This document shows, one piece after another, positions 12,901 to 27,900 of a DNA stretch of 64,000 bases. Both the position numbers and the translations under genes were made by a program. The notes below the pieces were generated by a model, which worked only from the letters and a program-made list of their open reading frames with translations, had not been told where the DNA came from and did not search any database. The stretch is taken from positions 1 through 64,000 of the forward strand of contig JAUCBJ010005164.1 of NCBI GenBank assembly GCA_032718475.1, written 5' to 3'. Numbering within the stretch: the first letter of the stretch is position 1; each line of letters opens with the position of its first letter. The DNA comes from Nemertoderma westbladi (Eukaryota; Animalia; Xenacoelomorpha).

Positions 12901-15900
12901 GCCAATTAGCAGCATTGTAGGATACATGTAGGCTACTCTGAATATTGCTACATATTGTAGATCGCGTATTGCGTGTGTAGCTATGCATGCAATGTACTGT
13001 TTGTGTTTGAACACATGTTTTTTTTATGCAATATAAGTAGGGCACTCACTGACCATAGTCCATAATAATTCAATGCTGTAAAACACTAATCTAAATATGG
13101 AAATTTTGTTGGTAAAAACCAACTAAATATTATCGATATTTGTTTGTGCATTTAAATTGTTTTTGTCCCCATGAAATTGGAATCTCAGTAAGAATCAATG
13201 TTCATATAAACAACAGTTTTATCAAACTAACTAAACACATACCTCACAATTAAATGACATATTTATGAACAAATTGAATTTGTTTCAGTTTGTTTGGGGG
13301 TGGTGGATATGGTGTAATCAGCTTACCATAGCAGAAGAAACCATCTCCACTATAACCGGGATAACATTCACACGTGTAGCCATCTGGTTGGTCAATACAG
13401 TTGGCCAAAGCGTGACAGTGGTTGAGAGAACTGAAAGGAATAAATAAAGCAAATCCTGTGACATTCAAATAAGGTTCAGTAATTTTGAGCTTGAAGCTTT
13501 TTTAATTAAGTTCCCGTTGTCAACTTGTCACCACACTTGTCAACAGTCAAGTCTGGTATATGTACCAGTTGGTATATTATAAATCAGTCTGACCCAACTA
13601 TACGCTGTCGTACGAGTTGGTATAGAAACCAGTCTCACCTGTCTAGACACTCGTTAACTGGGTCGCAAGTAATTCCATCCCCATCGAAACCGGGGTTGCA
13701 TTCACAAGTTGGGGTTCCATCTCTTCTTACACAAACGGCATCTGGGCTGCACGTTCCCTGATAAAGGAAGCAGAATATAACAATACCTTAGACAAAACAC
13801 AAAGAACATGTTGAGTTACGTAATATTACTATAAGCATTGCATACTACACAATGTACGTAAACCAACGAAATCAAATAATTTAATTAATTACACTCACCC
13901 CGCAGTTATCGTCAAGGTTGCAGGCGAACCCATTGCCAACGTAACCGGGATTGCAGAAGCAGTCGAAGGAGCCTGGATTGTCTACGCATTGAGCATTGCT
14001 GGAGCAACCGTGCTGACCAGTAGAACATTCATCAACCTCTGAAAAACAAAATAAAGTGCTAAAAATTATATGTAAAATCAAAATTATAATAGCAGACAAT
14101 TTGTATTGGACACAATTATTTTATCTGACTGAATAACATTAATTGCACTGATAAAGCAGTACATGGTCAGCACAGCAAACTTTATGAGTATTGAGCTATC
14201 ACCGTGAGGACTAGCCAGTGCATAATCTCGGACTTCCGTGGCCTCATGGAGTGAATAAGCATGGTGGACAGCCAACCCATGACTCTCTTGAGACGCCCCT
14301 TAATGGACACTGGCCTTATGATGCACCCTATGATGCGGATGATCTATCAAATGTCATGGGTGATAGGGAGTTGTGGCGGCGCAATTTTGTCGATAAGCCG
14401 GCACAGCATTCTTATGTAATATAGATAATGCAGCTGCAATGCAGCATGCCGATAGTAGTAGTAGTAGTAGTATGAGTATCGACTATCTCAAGAGAACAAT
14501 AACTCACCAACGCAATTGTGTCCATTACCGGCGTATCCAGATTTACACGTGCAGCTGTATCCTCCGTCTGTATTCTTGCAGTCTGCGTTCACGTGGCACG
14601 GATATGGGCCTTCTGTGCATTCATCCACGTCTCTACAAGCACCTCCTGTAACAGTAACACCTCCTGTAACTGCTTGAGTATGTAGATTTACTGCTTTAGT
14701 ATAGGTTTCATGTTTGAGTCTGATGTTTACTGCTTGAGTATGTATGTTTAATATTTGAGTCTGTATGTTTACTGCTGAGCCTGTAGGTTTCATGTTTGAG
14801 TCTGTAGGTTTACAGCTTTAGTCTGTAGGTTTTTCTGCTTGAGCGTGGATTTAATAAAACAGTAGGTTCCTCTATTCATTCAGTTGTTCAATCTTCTTGA
14901 TTTATGATTTTGTATATAATATAATATTCTAAGGCATAGTTTACAGTTACTACGTTAATAACTAGCGTACGGATATAGCTTTACCGCTGTACTCTGAACT
15001 CGCTAGTCTTTCTGGAGATCTCTATGTTTTTCCTATATTGCTTAAGATTTGACTCTGGTTCGAACGCACACACAAACATAATAAAACATTGTACCTCCAA
15101 TTCCAGTGTAGCCGGCATCGCATGTACAAGAATAGGAACCCTGGCTGTTGGTACAGACGTTGTTGGGAGCGCAGGAACCCTGGTTAGCCAGACATTCATT
15201 GATATCAACACATTCATGTCCGCGACCAATGTAACCTAGGAAACAATAATAATAATATCTACTATAATAAGTCGGAAACATAGGAGATGTCATTACGTCA
15301 CGAAAATCGTATTAAACAAAAACCATATTATATATACAGTTATCTCGCTTACCGTCATCGCAAACACATCTTGGGCCGTGGATGGAATCCTCACAGTGAG
15401 CATTGGCCTGGCACTCCTGGACCTCCTGGCACTGGTCTTGAGGATCGCAGGCTATCTTGCCATCGCCATAGAAACCGTCCTGGCAATTACACCGGAAGCC
15501 ACCCGCTATGTTCTCGCAGTCCGCCAATGCATGACACTGGCTGGCACCGGCGCACTCATCCACATCTGTATAAAAGCGAATAGATTTTAAAAGCTAAAAT
15601 TATTTTAATTGCAAATTTATATATTATATTTTGATTAATTTATTCTGGAATCATACCGATCTGATGGTGATGTCATATGTTCACTAAACAGACTCTAGTT
15701 GGCGTAAGTTACATACGATATTTCATGGAGCTGTGCAAGAAAATAGGAGAAGCAACTTTCGACGCTCAAAACTTCACTATTAGTGAACAAAATTCAGATT
15801 ATATGACGATTTAGATTCTGAAAATGCCACCTCTTCCAACATTGCGATCCGTCAAGCTGTGAGTAAGTAGACTGGTTTAATACTGACTGGGAAAGTTAAA

Positions 15901-18900
15901 TCTAACTGATACTCACATTTTCACCGATATATCATGGACAAAGAATCCTACTGGATCGAAAATGTCAATATAGAGTATCAACCACTCGATCGTATTTAAC
16001 AATATAATCCCATTCTCATGTGCGATAATACTTAGGTTTATATTTTACTGTCAACGTTCAAATAAAATAAAGATTTGTTTGTAAATGAAAAATAAAATTC
16101 AAATAGATATGAATTTACGAATTCAATTAATCCAATAGACTCACCTGTACAAGTAGTCCCATCTCCTTGGTAACCAGGGAGACAAACACACTGGGGTACG
16201 TTATTTACTTCGGTGCATCGAGCCGCAACGGGACAGTTCAATATGTGCGTTGTGCAATCGCTAGCAACTAAAAATAAATTGATATGGTCGTATAAGACAA
16301 AAATGTTTGAATTATTACTACAAAATGTTTGAATTATTACTACAAAATGTTTGAATTATTACTACAAAATGTTTGAATTATTACTACAAAATGTTTGAAT
16401 TATTACTACTCCAGTACATTTATCTAAATATTTGTCAAAATGAAATATATGAAAATATATTTCAGGTTATTTGCGCTCCTTCACTACGTTCGTTTGTGTA
16501 AAGAACCACTCGGATCAGCAAACTATAAAGTGGTCATCACACAGACTACTACAGTAGCTGTATTGCTACCTAAACGAGTGACAATACAGCTATAATTAAA
16601 GTTACAGATACATTAATATATATTTTGTGACTAATAATGAAATGTACCAGAATAGGCCTCTGTGTACAACAGCTGCGGCAACAAATAGGTCGATTTACTT
16701 ACGAGTACAGGTTCTCCCGTCTCCATCGTAACCGTCGGGACAGGAACATATCCAACCCCCGTCTGTGTTCGCACAAATACCGTTGTCTGGATCGCAGTCG
16801 TCTGCCAGATCAGCGCACTCATCAATGTCCGAGCAATCGTGACCGTCGCCCTGGTAACCATCGTGACACTCACAGTAATAGGAGCCGTCCAGATTGTGGC
16901 AATCAGCGTCGGCACTGAAAAAATATACAAGAATCGGACATATTAATCGGTGACAAAAATAATTTATTCAAAGAAAGGCATTTTTTATTCAATCACAACC
17001 ATTGTTAATTATGAGAGTGGAAAAAGGAACAAATGTCGACCAACCTACACTAATTACCACCAACCTACACTAATTACCATCAACCTGCACTAAAGACCAC
17101 CCACCTGCACTAATTTACCACCAACCTACACTATTTACAACTAACCTACACTACTACTACTACTACTAGGATCGGCATGCTGCATTGCAGCTGCATTTTT
17201 AAGAATGCTGTGCCGGCTTGTCAACAAAACCTACACTAATTACCACCAACCTACACTAATTACCACCAACCTGCACTAATGACCACCCACCTGCACTAAT
17301 TTACCACCAACCTACACTATTTACAACTAACCTACACTAATTACCACCAACCTACACTAATTACCACCAACCTGGACTAATGACCACCCACCTGCACTAA
17401 TTACCACCAACCTGCACCAATTACACCCACCTGCAATCATTTGCAAGACTACATTCATCAATATCAACGCATTCGCTATTCAGCATCTCATAACCGATGT
17501 CGCAGGCGCATTCGTAGCTACCTATAGTGTCGATACAGTGACCGTTCTGGGTAGGACATTGGTTCTGATGGTTGCACTCATTAGTATTGAAACAGAACCT
17601 TCCATTACCATAGTAACCAGGCGGACAGATACAATCATATGACCCTGCACATATAATAGATGCAAAACGTTTATTAATTATTGATATTGATCATGACATT
17701 CAAGTCCAAGTACTTCGCAACTAATAGACGACAGGTTGCGTTCTCACCAGTGTAGATGATAGTCGAGGCAGTTAAAACTGAGATCCATCATACGATGTAT
17801 CCGAATTCGGGGGAATACCCCACTCTATACTACTACCTACCCTCGGTATTGGCGCAGTGAGATACCTACTCTATACTACTACCTACCCTCGGTATTGGCG
17901 CAGTGAGCTACCTACTCTATACTACTACCTACCCTCGGTATTGGCGCAGTGAGCTACCTACTCTATACTACTACCTACCCTCGGTATTGGCGCAGTGAGC
18001 TACCTACTCTATACTACTACCTACCCTCGGTATTGGCGCAGTGAGCTACCTACTCTATACTACTACCTACCCTCGGTATTGGCGCAGTGAGCTACCTACT
18101 CTATACTACTACCTACCCTCGGTATTGGCGCAGTGAGCTACCTACTCTATACTACTACCTACCCTCGGTATTGGCGCAGTGAGCTACCTACTCTATACTA
18201 CTACCTACCGTCGGTATTGGCGCAGTGAGCTACCTACTCTATACTACTACCCACCCTCGGTATTGGCGCAGTGAGCTACCTACTCTATACTACTACCTAC
18301 CCTCGGTATTGGCGCAGTGAGCTACCTACTCTATACTACTACCTACCCTCGGTATTGGCGCAGTGAGCTACCTACTCTATACTACTACCTACCTACCCTC
18401 GGTATTGGCGCAGTGAGCTACCTACTCTATACTACTACCCACCCTCGGTATTGGCGCAGTGAGCTACCTACTCTATACTACTACCTACCTACCCTCGGTA
18501 TTGGTACAGTGAGCTACGTACTCTATACTACTACCTACCCTCGGTATTGACGCAGTGAGCTACCTACTCTATACTACTACCTACCCTCGGTATTGGTGCA
18601 GTGAGCTACCTACTCTATACTACTACCTACCCTCGGTATTGGCGCAGTGAGCTACCTACTCTATACTACTACCTACCCTCGGTATTGGCGCAGTGAGCTA
18701 CCTACTCTATACTACTACCTACCCTCGGTATTGGCGCAGTGAGCTACCTACTCTATACTACTACCTACCCTCGGTATTGGCGCAGTGAGCTACCTACTCT
18801 ATACTACTGCCTACCCTCGGTATTGGCGCAGTGAGCTACCTACTCTATACTACTACCTACCCTCGGTATTGGCGCAGTGAGCTACCTACTCTATACTACT

Positions 18901-21900
18901 ACCTACCCTCGGTATTGGCGCAGTGAGCTACCTACTCTATACTACTACCTACCCTCGGTATTGGCGCAGTGAGCTACCTACTCTATACTACTACCTACCA
19001 ACCCTCGGTATTGGCGCAGTGAGCTACCTACTCTATACTACTACCAACCCTCGGTATTGGCGCAGTGAGCTACCTACTCTATACTACTACCTACCCTCGG
19101 TATTGGCGCAGTGAGCTACCTACTCTATACTACTACCTACCCTCGGTATTGGCGCAGTGAGCTACCTACTCTATACTACTACCTACCCTCGGTATTGGCG
19201 CAGTGAGCTACCTACTCTATACTACTGCCTACCCTCGGTATTGGCGCAGTGAGCTACCTACTCTATACTACTACCTACCCTCGGTATTGGCGCAGTGAGC
19301 TACCTACTCTATACTACTACCTACCCTCGGTATTGGTGCAGTGAGCTACCTACTCTATACTACTACCTACCTACCCTCGGTATTGGCGCAGTGAGCTACC
19401 TACTCTATACTACTACCCACCCTCGGTATTGGCGCAGTGAGCTACCTACTCTATACTACTACCTACCTACCCTCGGTATTGGCGCAGTGAGCTACCTACT
19501 CTATACTACTACCTACCATCGGTATTGGCGCAGTGAGCTACCTACTCTATACTACTACCCACCCTCGGTATTGGCGCAGTGAGCTACCTACTCTATACTA
19601 CTACCTACCTACCCTCGGTATTGGCGCAGTGAGCTACCTACTCTATACTACTACCTACCCTCGGTATTGGCGCAGTGAGCTACCTACTCTATACTACTAC
19701 CTAACATCGGTATTGGTGCAGTGAGCTACCTACTCTATACTACTACCTACCCTCGGTATTGGCGCAGTGAGCTACCTACTCTATACTACTACCTACCCTC
19801 GGTATTGGTACAGTGAGCTACCTACTCTATACTACTACCTACCCTCGGTATTGGCGCAGTGAGCTACCTACTCTATACTACTACCTACCCTCGGTATTGG
19901 CGCAGTGAGCTACCTACTCTATACTACTACCTACCAACCCTCGGTATTGGCGCAGTGAGCTACCTACTCTATACTACTACCTACCCTCGGTATTGGCGCA
20001 GTGAGCTACCTACTCTATACTACTACCTACCCTCGGTATTGGCGCAGTGAGCTACCTACTCTATACTACTACCTACCCTCGGTATTGGCGCAGTGAGCTA
20101 CCTACTCTATACTACTACCTACCCTCGGTATTGGCGCAGTGAGCTACCTACTCTATACTACTACCTACCAACCCTCGGTATTGGCGCAGTGAGCTACCTA
20201 CTCTATACTACTACCTACCCTCGGTATTGGCGCAGTGAGCTACCTACTCTATACTACTACCTACCCTCGTTATTGGCGCAGTGAGCTACCTAATCTATAC
20301 TACTACCTACCCTCGGTATTGGCGCAGTGAGCTACCTACTCTATACTACTACCTACCCTCGGTATTGGCGCAGTGAGCTACCTACTCTATACTACTACCT
20401 ACCCTCGGTATTGGCGCAGTGAGCTACCTACTCTATACTACTACCTACCCTCGGTATTGGTACAGTGAGCTACCTACTCTATACTACTACCTACCCTCGG
20501 TATTGGCGCAGTGAGCTACCTACTCTATACTACTACCTACCCTCGGTATTGGCGCAGTGAGCTACCTACTCTATACTACTACCTACCCTCGGTATTGGCG
20601 CAGTGAGCTACCTACTCTATACTACTACCTACCCTCGGTATTGGCGCAGTGAGCTACCTACTCTATACTACTACCTACCCTCGGTATTGGCGCAGTGAGC
20701 TACCTACTCTATACTACTACCTACCCTCGGTATTGGCGCAGTGAGCTACCTACTCTATACTACTACCTACCCTCGGTATTGGCGCAGTGAGCTACCTACT
20801 CTATACTACTACCTACCCTCGGTATTGGCGCAGTGAGCTACCTACTCTATACTACTACCTACCCTCGGTATTGGCGCAGTGAGCTACCTACTCTATACTA
20901 CTACCTACCCTCGGTATTGGCGCAGTGAGCTACCTACTCTATACTACTACCTACCCTCGGTATTGGCGCAGTGAGCTACCTACTCTATACTACTACCTAC
21001 CCTCGGTATTGGCGCAGTGAGCTACCTACTCTATACTACTGCCTACCCTCGGTATTGGCGCAGTGAGCTACCTACTCTATACTACTACCTACCCTCGGTA
21101 TTGGCGCAGTGAGCTACCTACTCTATACTACTACCTACCCTCGGTATTGGCGCAGTGAGCTACCTACTCTATACTACTACCTACCCTCGGTATTGGTACA
21201 GTGAGCTACCTACTCTATACTACTACCTACCCTCGGTATTGGCGCAGTGAGCTACCTACTCTATACTACTACCTACCCTCGGTATTGGCGCAGTGAGCTA
21301 CCTACTCTATACTACTACCTACCCTCGGTATTGGCGCAGTGAGCTACCTACTCTATACTACTACCTACCCTCAGTATTGGCGCAGTGAGCTACCTACTCT
21401 ATACTACTACCTACCCTCGGTATTGGCGCAGTGAGCTACCTAGTCTATACTACTACCTACCCTCGGTATTGGTGCAGTGAGCTACCTACTCTATACTACT
21501 ACCTACCCTCGGTATTGGCGCAGTGAGCTACCTACTCTATACTACTACCTACCCTCGGTATTGGCGCAGTGAGCTACCTACTCTATACTACTGCCTACCC
21601 TCGGTATTGGCGCAGTGAGCTACCTACTCTATACTACTGCCTACCCTCGGTATTGGCGCAGTGAGCTACCTACTCTATACTACTACCTACCCTCGGTATT
21701 GGCGCAGTGAGCTACCTACTCTATACTACTGCCTACCCTCGGTATTGGCGCAGTGAGCTACCTACTCTATACTACTACCTACCCTCGGTATTGGCGCAGT
21801 GAGCTACCTACTCTATACTACTACCTACCCTCGGTATTGGCGCAGTGAGCTACCTACTCTATACTACTACCTACCCTCGGTATTGGCGCAGTGAGCTACC

Positions 21901-24900
21901 TACTCTATACTACTACCTACCCTCGGTATTGGCGCAGTGAGCTACCTACTCTATACTACTACCTACCCTCGGTATTGGCGCAGTGAGCTACCTACTCTAT
22001 ACTACTACCTACCCTCGGTATTGGCACAGTGTGCCAGATGGTCGCACTGATGGGCACCAGTTTTGCACTCATTGACATCCTTACAGAAGTCGCAGTGACC
22101 TTGGTAGCCAGGACGACACTGACATATAAACCCTGGATCTTGGTCTATGCACTCAGCCTTACTGTCGCAGTTATGTGTCCCATCATCACATTCGTTGATA
22201 TCTAACACAAGAATAAATTGATTAAAACAAAGTAGAAGTAGAAATCACTTTTCGACGAAGTTATCCAATCGTGTATCAACACCTCCACTAAAGATAAACA
22301 CTACATATGCTAACAGTAATATTATAATTTGAATAATACCAACTTTCGCACTGTCTTCCGGGAGGACTTCCAATCGATCTGTAACCGTCTTTACACTGAC
22401 AAGTGTAACCCCCATTGTTGTTTATGCAATGAGCATTGTCGTCACAGTCATCCGTGCCAAGACCGCATTCATCGATGTCTACAATGTCAGTAATAAACAC
22501 AATAATTATGTCCTACATATTTTATATATTTTAAATAATATCCAATGAATACGCTTTAATTAGTTACATAATTTATATTCTGCAAATTACATATTATACT
22601 GTATATAAAACCGTGCTATTCTTGTTAATTTTTGCGTTAGGGTGGGAGGAACTTCTGTAACATAGGCCCTATATAAAATAATGATTCGTACCGTTAAATA
22701 AGTTGTTGGTTCCAACGACTACTCGAGCCCCCAGCTCGCTCGTACCAAAGTTACTTACCGATACACTGAACTCCCCCGCTCGTACCGGGTGCGTCGGTGT
22801 ACCCAGGACGGCACTCACAGTAGAACCCGGGCTCTGTGTTCGTGCATTCAGCATTCTCGTGGCAATTGTGCAGGTTGGATGTACATTCGTTTATATCTGA
22901 GGAAAATTTTAGAAACATTAATTATAAGAAACTCATTGATCAGTATTGTTTACAGGATTTGACTACATCTCTATCAACCCATTTGGATACTAACCCTCAC
23001 ACTGGGTACCGTCACCAGAGAATCCCGGTTTACATTGACAATGATACCCTGGAATATCGTTGATGCAGATCGCATTATCGTCGCAGTTGTTTCCGTTCGG
23101 AAGTTCCCGTCGCCGTCGGCGATCTGTTATCTCATCGTCCACACACTCGTTGATATCGTCACAACTCCGGCCGTCGCCAGTAAAACCTAAAAAGAAAATC
23201 CGAAGAAAATATATAAAATACGACAAATTTATGAACCACAATAAACAATAAAATCAATTATTCGCTTCTGTTACTGATATTGTGTTGTTAATCCAAAGTC
23301 ATTTTTCGTATTTTTCGTATGTTCAATTTTCCCAGTTTTTCGTATTATTCCAAATAAAAAATAAAAAAAAACAAGTTGTTAGGGAGTACAGATGTTTGAT
23401 TTCGAGGCAATACAGACAATTAAGCTATTAAGGTAATTCATGGGCGCTCCCAACAAAACGTACCTAAATATTACTGAAAGCATTTAAATAAACATAAATC
23501 TACGCACTTCGGTGGCTGAATGTGGCCAATTCCATTAATATCACATTCAGCCAAACCAACGTAACGCACCTAAAATTAGCCCACCGCACCGAAAGAGAAC
23601 TAAAAACATTTTATAGAAATTAAACTTACCGTCGTGACAAACGCAGTCAAAAGATCCCGGCGTATCTATACAATCAGCGTTAACATCGCAATCATCTGTA
23701 TTCTCATCACATTCGTTGATGTCTACATGATTAACATTTGTCATATAATAATATCTAACACAATAATTATTCACACTATCATTAAAGTACAAGATATGAA
23801 ATAAACTATCCATATATGAGACAGCAAATCCCATCTTGGCGAATTAATATCCCGCCTCAATGTTAAATTCTCAATTTAGAGAAAGGAGCAGGTTACAGAG
23901 GCACGTTATTTTAACCAAAACAATAAACTAAACACAATAGAACAGGTAACAGTTATATTTTTGGTAGTAATCAGCTGTTATTTGCGTCGAATTTCCCCTG
24001 GAGAGGGATGCATTTTTTTGCGCCGAAAGACCCCCCGTATCTGCCATCTATCTACACACTAACTTTCGCAGCTGTAAGGATCCACGCGTCTGTAACCAGG
24101 GAGACAGTCGCACTCATACGACCCCTCTGTGTTGATACACGTAGTGCTAGAAGCATCGCAGTTGTCACTGCCGTCAGCGCATTCGTCGACATCTGAGAAA
24201 TATAAAGAAATAAAGTATAGGCCTATACTGCTATACTTGTTGGAGTTCATGGGAGGTAACCAAGATGCAGTAATCAACCGGTAAGCAACTACATGGGATT
24301 CAGGAAATCTATTGCCCCTTCCGGCACTCATTGAATAAATGTAGAAAACAAATAATAATTCTCTTTAAAAACAAAATAAACGTTGAGGAATCTACTTGAC
24401 TATTTAATGCAGAACTACAGTATTATTAAATAAGGTTAACATTACCAGTACAGGTGACTCCGTCTCCTTCATATCCGGCCTTACAAACACACGTGTATCC
24501 ACCAGGGGTGTTTTCGCAATTAGCATTGATGTCGCAGTCATGTGTCCCATCATTACATTCGTTGTCATCTGAATATTATGTATAGAAAAATAAATATCAA
24601 ATATTTTACATTTAACATTTCACCTCTAATAAATGTTACATATTATATTAAATAAATATAAAAGAAAGGAAATATGAAATATATGCCACTAATTAATATT
24701 GTATATTTGGTAAATAATAATTAATAATTTAATAATTCTATAAGAATTTGAATCTAAAATTATTTAGTAAAAAATAATTATTTTCTGTTTATACGACCCG
24801 TAATAGTAAGGGAAGTCGTACCTTCACAGGAAACTCCATCTCCAGAATATCCATCATTACATTCACAACTAAATCCTCCAGGGAAGTTGGTGCAGGTCGC

Positions 24901-27900
24901 ATGGGCGTGGCAGTTGTTGGTACCATCCAAGCACTCGTCATCGTCTGAAAAAAGAAACGAATTATAACCAGTTTGTTTTACGAATAAACTACAGTTAAGT
25001 GATTCAACGATAAAACTTGTATTTCTTTTGTCTTTATTAAGAAGAATGCGAAATGAAACTTATTGACTGGCCTCCGTTGAATTAACTCTGTTCGTTCAAA
25101 GCCAGAAGGTTACCATAGCAAAAGGTTTAGAACAGGCTGATCCTTATATACGTGGCATTGTGGTATATGTTTCATCAGTTTATAAGCTCTTTATCGATGA
25201 CCCGCGATATTTTTTATATAAACAAGATCTTTATAACATCTTTGTTTTCGATATGTTCTTACATTTATTATACGAACTTTTCAAGGGGTTTCGTTACTTC
25301 GAATGATAAGTTTATTTTACGGAAAATAACTTTGTATAATAATGGCGCAATAATTGTAGGACTAACCCCTTCACGTGCTTGTTTCTTAACCGGGTAGTGT
25401 ATAATTTCTTTAATGTAAAATAAATATATCTCACATCTCTCCAAAACACAAACACGTTTCAACTTCACTGAGTATCTTCAGCGTGTTGCCTGATTGGAAC
25501 CTGTGACTCATCGCTTTGGAAGCCGAGTCACCCACGCTACGCCACAAGATCTATATAGAAGATGTGGAGTATGGCACTGCTCGCTTAACAAGTACGCACG
25601 TGATGGAATTAGTACTACAAACGTGCCAATAAAAAATGAGTTAGTTTCCTTAAATGAATAATTCGGGGTTAGGACCCTCTAGAACACAACTCAGTTCCTA
25701 TAATAAATGGGTAACCTTGGAGACAGCTTCTTCTAAACTATGTTAAATTTTGAGGTCCCACCAATATATACGAATGAACACCGATGACGTCAGCCAAAAT
25801 CAGCAACATATACCGCAGGTGTTCCAAGGCTTGCCAGAAATCAGCAACATATACCGCAGGTGTTCCAAGGCTTGGCAGAGTCTAACAAAAATGAGAGCAA
25901 ATTGCATGTCCTTCTGCATTGTGCAGATAGTTGTACAATAACATTTTTAAGTGCCAGAGTTGGATCCAAGTTGCGTCGTCTAGCTTTACAGAAACTTATT
26001 GATTGCTACACGAAAGACTCCCCACAGAGATATGACCAAAAAGGGAGATGACCTTTCATGGGGTTTGGCTGTAATAGTAGTTGGCAATCCTCAATAATAC
26101 CTCGCCCTCAGGCGGGACTCCAATAAAAGTACCATGCTGTATTGGTTTAATTCCTTATTTTCTGTAAATCTGAGAAATCAATAAACCTCTGCATCTCTGC
26201 AAATGTTGCATCACCTATAGGGGTGCCCGAGAGTACAGTGTGGGATACAGAATGTACATAGAATTCATCTGGCAGCACTCGGTCATTAATGATCAGTTTA
26301 TCGATAAGGGCCTTACAACCCGCCAAAAGTTCACCAACAGAATCACTTTAGATACTACTTTAGGAAGGAAAGAAAAATTATTAACTTTTTGTTATTGTAC
26401 TATATTTAATTTTATTCTCCATTTAATATTAGTATACGAGGCTTATTGAATAGTCACGACAATATATTATCTGTGGGATTTGAACATTGTGTACCTCTCT
26501 AACAACCCATTTAAACCTGAACTACTAACCTTCGCACTGTGTACCGTCACCATTGTATCCAGGTATGCATTCACAATGATACCCCGGTACATCGTTGATG
26601 CAGTTCGCATTAACGTCGCAGTTGTTGTTGCCATTCGCACATTCGTCTTCGTCGTCGCAAGTTCGACCATCGCCGCTAAAACCTAAGATTTCAGACAATA
26701 TAATAAAAGGCGACAAGTTAAACAAATCAAGTAACAAACAATACAGATGTAGAATTGAACATCTAGTGAACTTTATTACTTCATTAACCTTTACTCCCGA
26801 TTCCGGATTATCAACCTCGAAAAAACGCGCAGTAATTATTTATCATATGTCTCATCTTTCTTGGCAGTGCCGCACGACCTCGTTCTTCGAGAGGAGCTAC
26901 ATTGCGCGTCTAGCAGTACTATGTTGACATCATCCGCACCAGGATTCCGTCCCGCAGTCAGTTTTTCCACTCCGGGTCCGACAACGTTATGACCTCCCTA
27001 TCCACCGAACCGCCATGAAGTCGGCATGTAGATACCATGAGCTGGTTATGCTCCGCCATCGGCGTAGGTTGGATGGTGTTGTTCTTACCAATTCTATGCC
27101 CCCCCCCCCGCCCTCTATCTCTATGAAATTGTTGGGGTTCTAATTGTAAGGATCTGATGCTAAAATTGTTGAATGACTCGTGGGGTTCCATCATTTTCTT
27201 ACTGTGCCTTGGAGGATTGTCTACCACACATAGGACGCACTCTGATGGCATCTGTTCGGCGACTAGTCCTTTGCTGGTGCTGAATTAAACTGACAACTAG
27301 TGTGTTACCTGAATGACTGACTCGTGATACCTGGGGAGGGACATCTGTAGACATCATTATCATCAACGACTCGCCTTCGATATGACCTTATCCAGATAAT
27401 GACCGAATTGTAATTACATTAGTATTCATATTGATTATTAATATTTTCTAAACATTTTCTAAATATTTGCCTCCGTGGTGTAGTGCTTAGCATACCTGAA
27501 CGTTTATCGGGAGACGCGGGTTCAATCCCCGCTGGTGGCGAATTCATTTTTTCCGCTCCATTTGCTATAGAGTTGGATCATCCTTAGTCCTGTTTAATTA
27601 CTTATTAATATTTTCTAAATGTTTTTTAATTTCTCTGAATAATCTCTTAGAAAATCGTATATTATTATTATTATCTTGAGGAGAGCATTATCATCGGGAT
27701 TAAGTAGCCGTTTTATCGGATTCCATTATTCGTGAGATAAAATTTAAACTCTATATCTATCAGGGGCCCGGGAACGATTTTTGGCGTCGGGGTCATAGAC
27801 TGATGGAAGGGTACAGGATCCTTCACTAAAACTCATGGGGCATCAATAATCATCGGCGCTCTACATTCATTTATATATTCAAATATTACGGAAGATTTAC

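Noticed and set aside
17822-22031. CRISPR-like appearance of this and other arrays
   Set aside because: No unique spacers, no cas genes, eukaryotic intron context; these are head-to-tail units.
26850-27360. GC-rich intronic insert with a 97-aa ORF
   Set aside because: No recognisable domain or termini; probably a decayed transposon fragment, not supportable.
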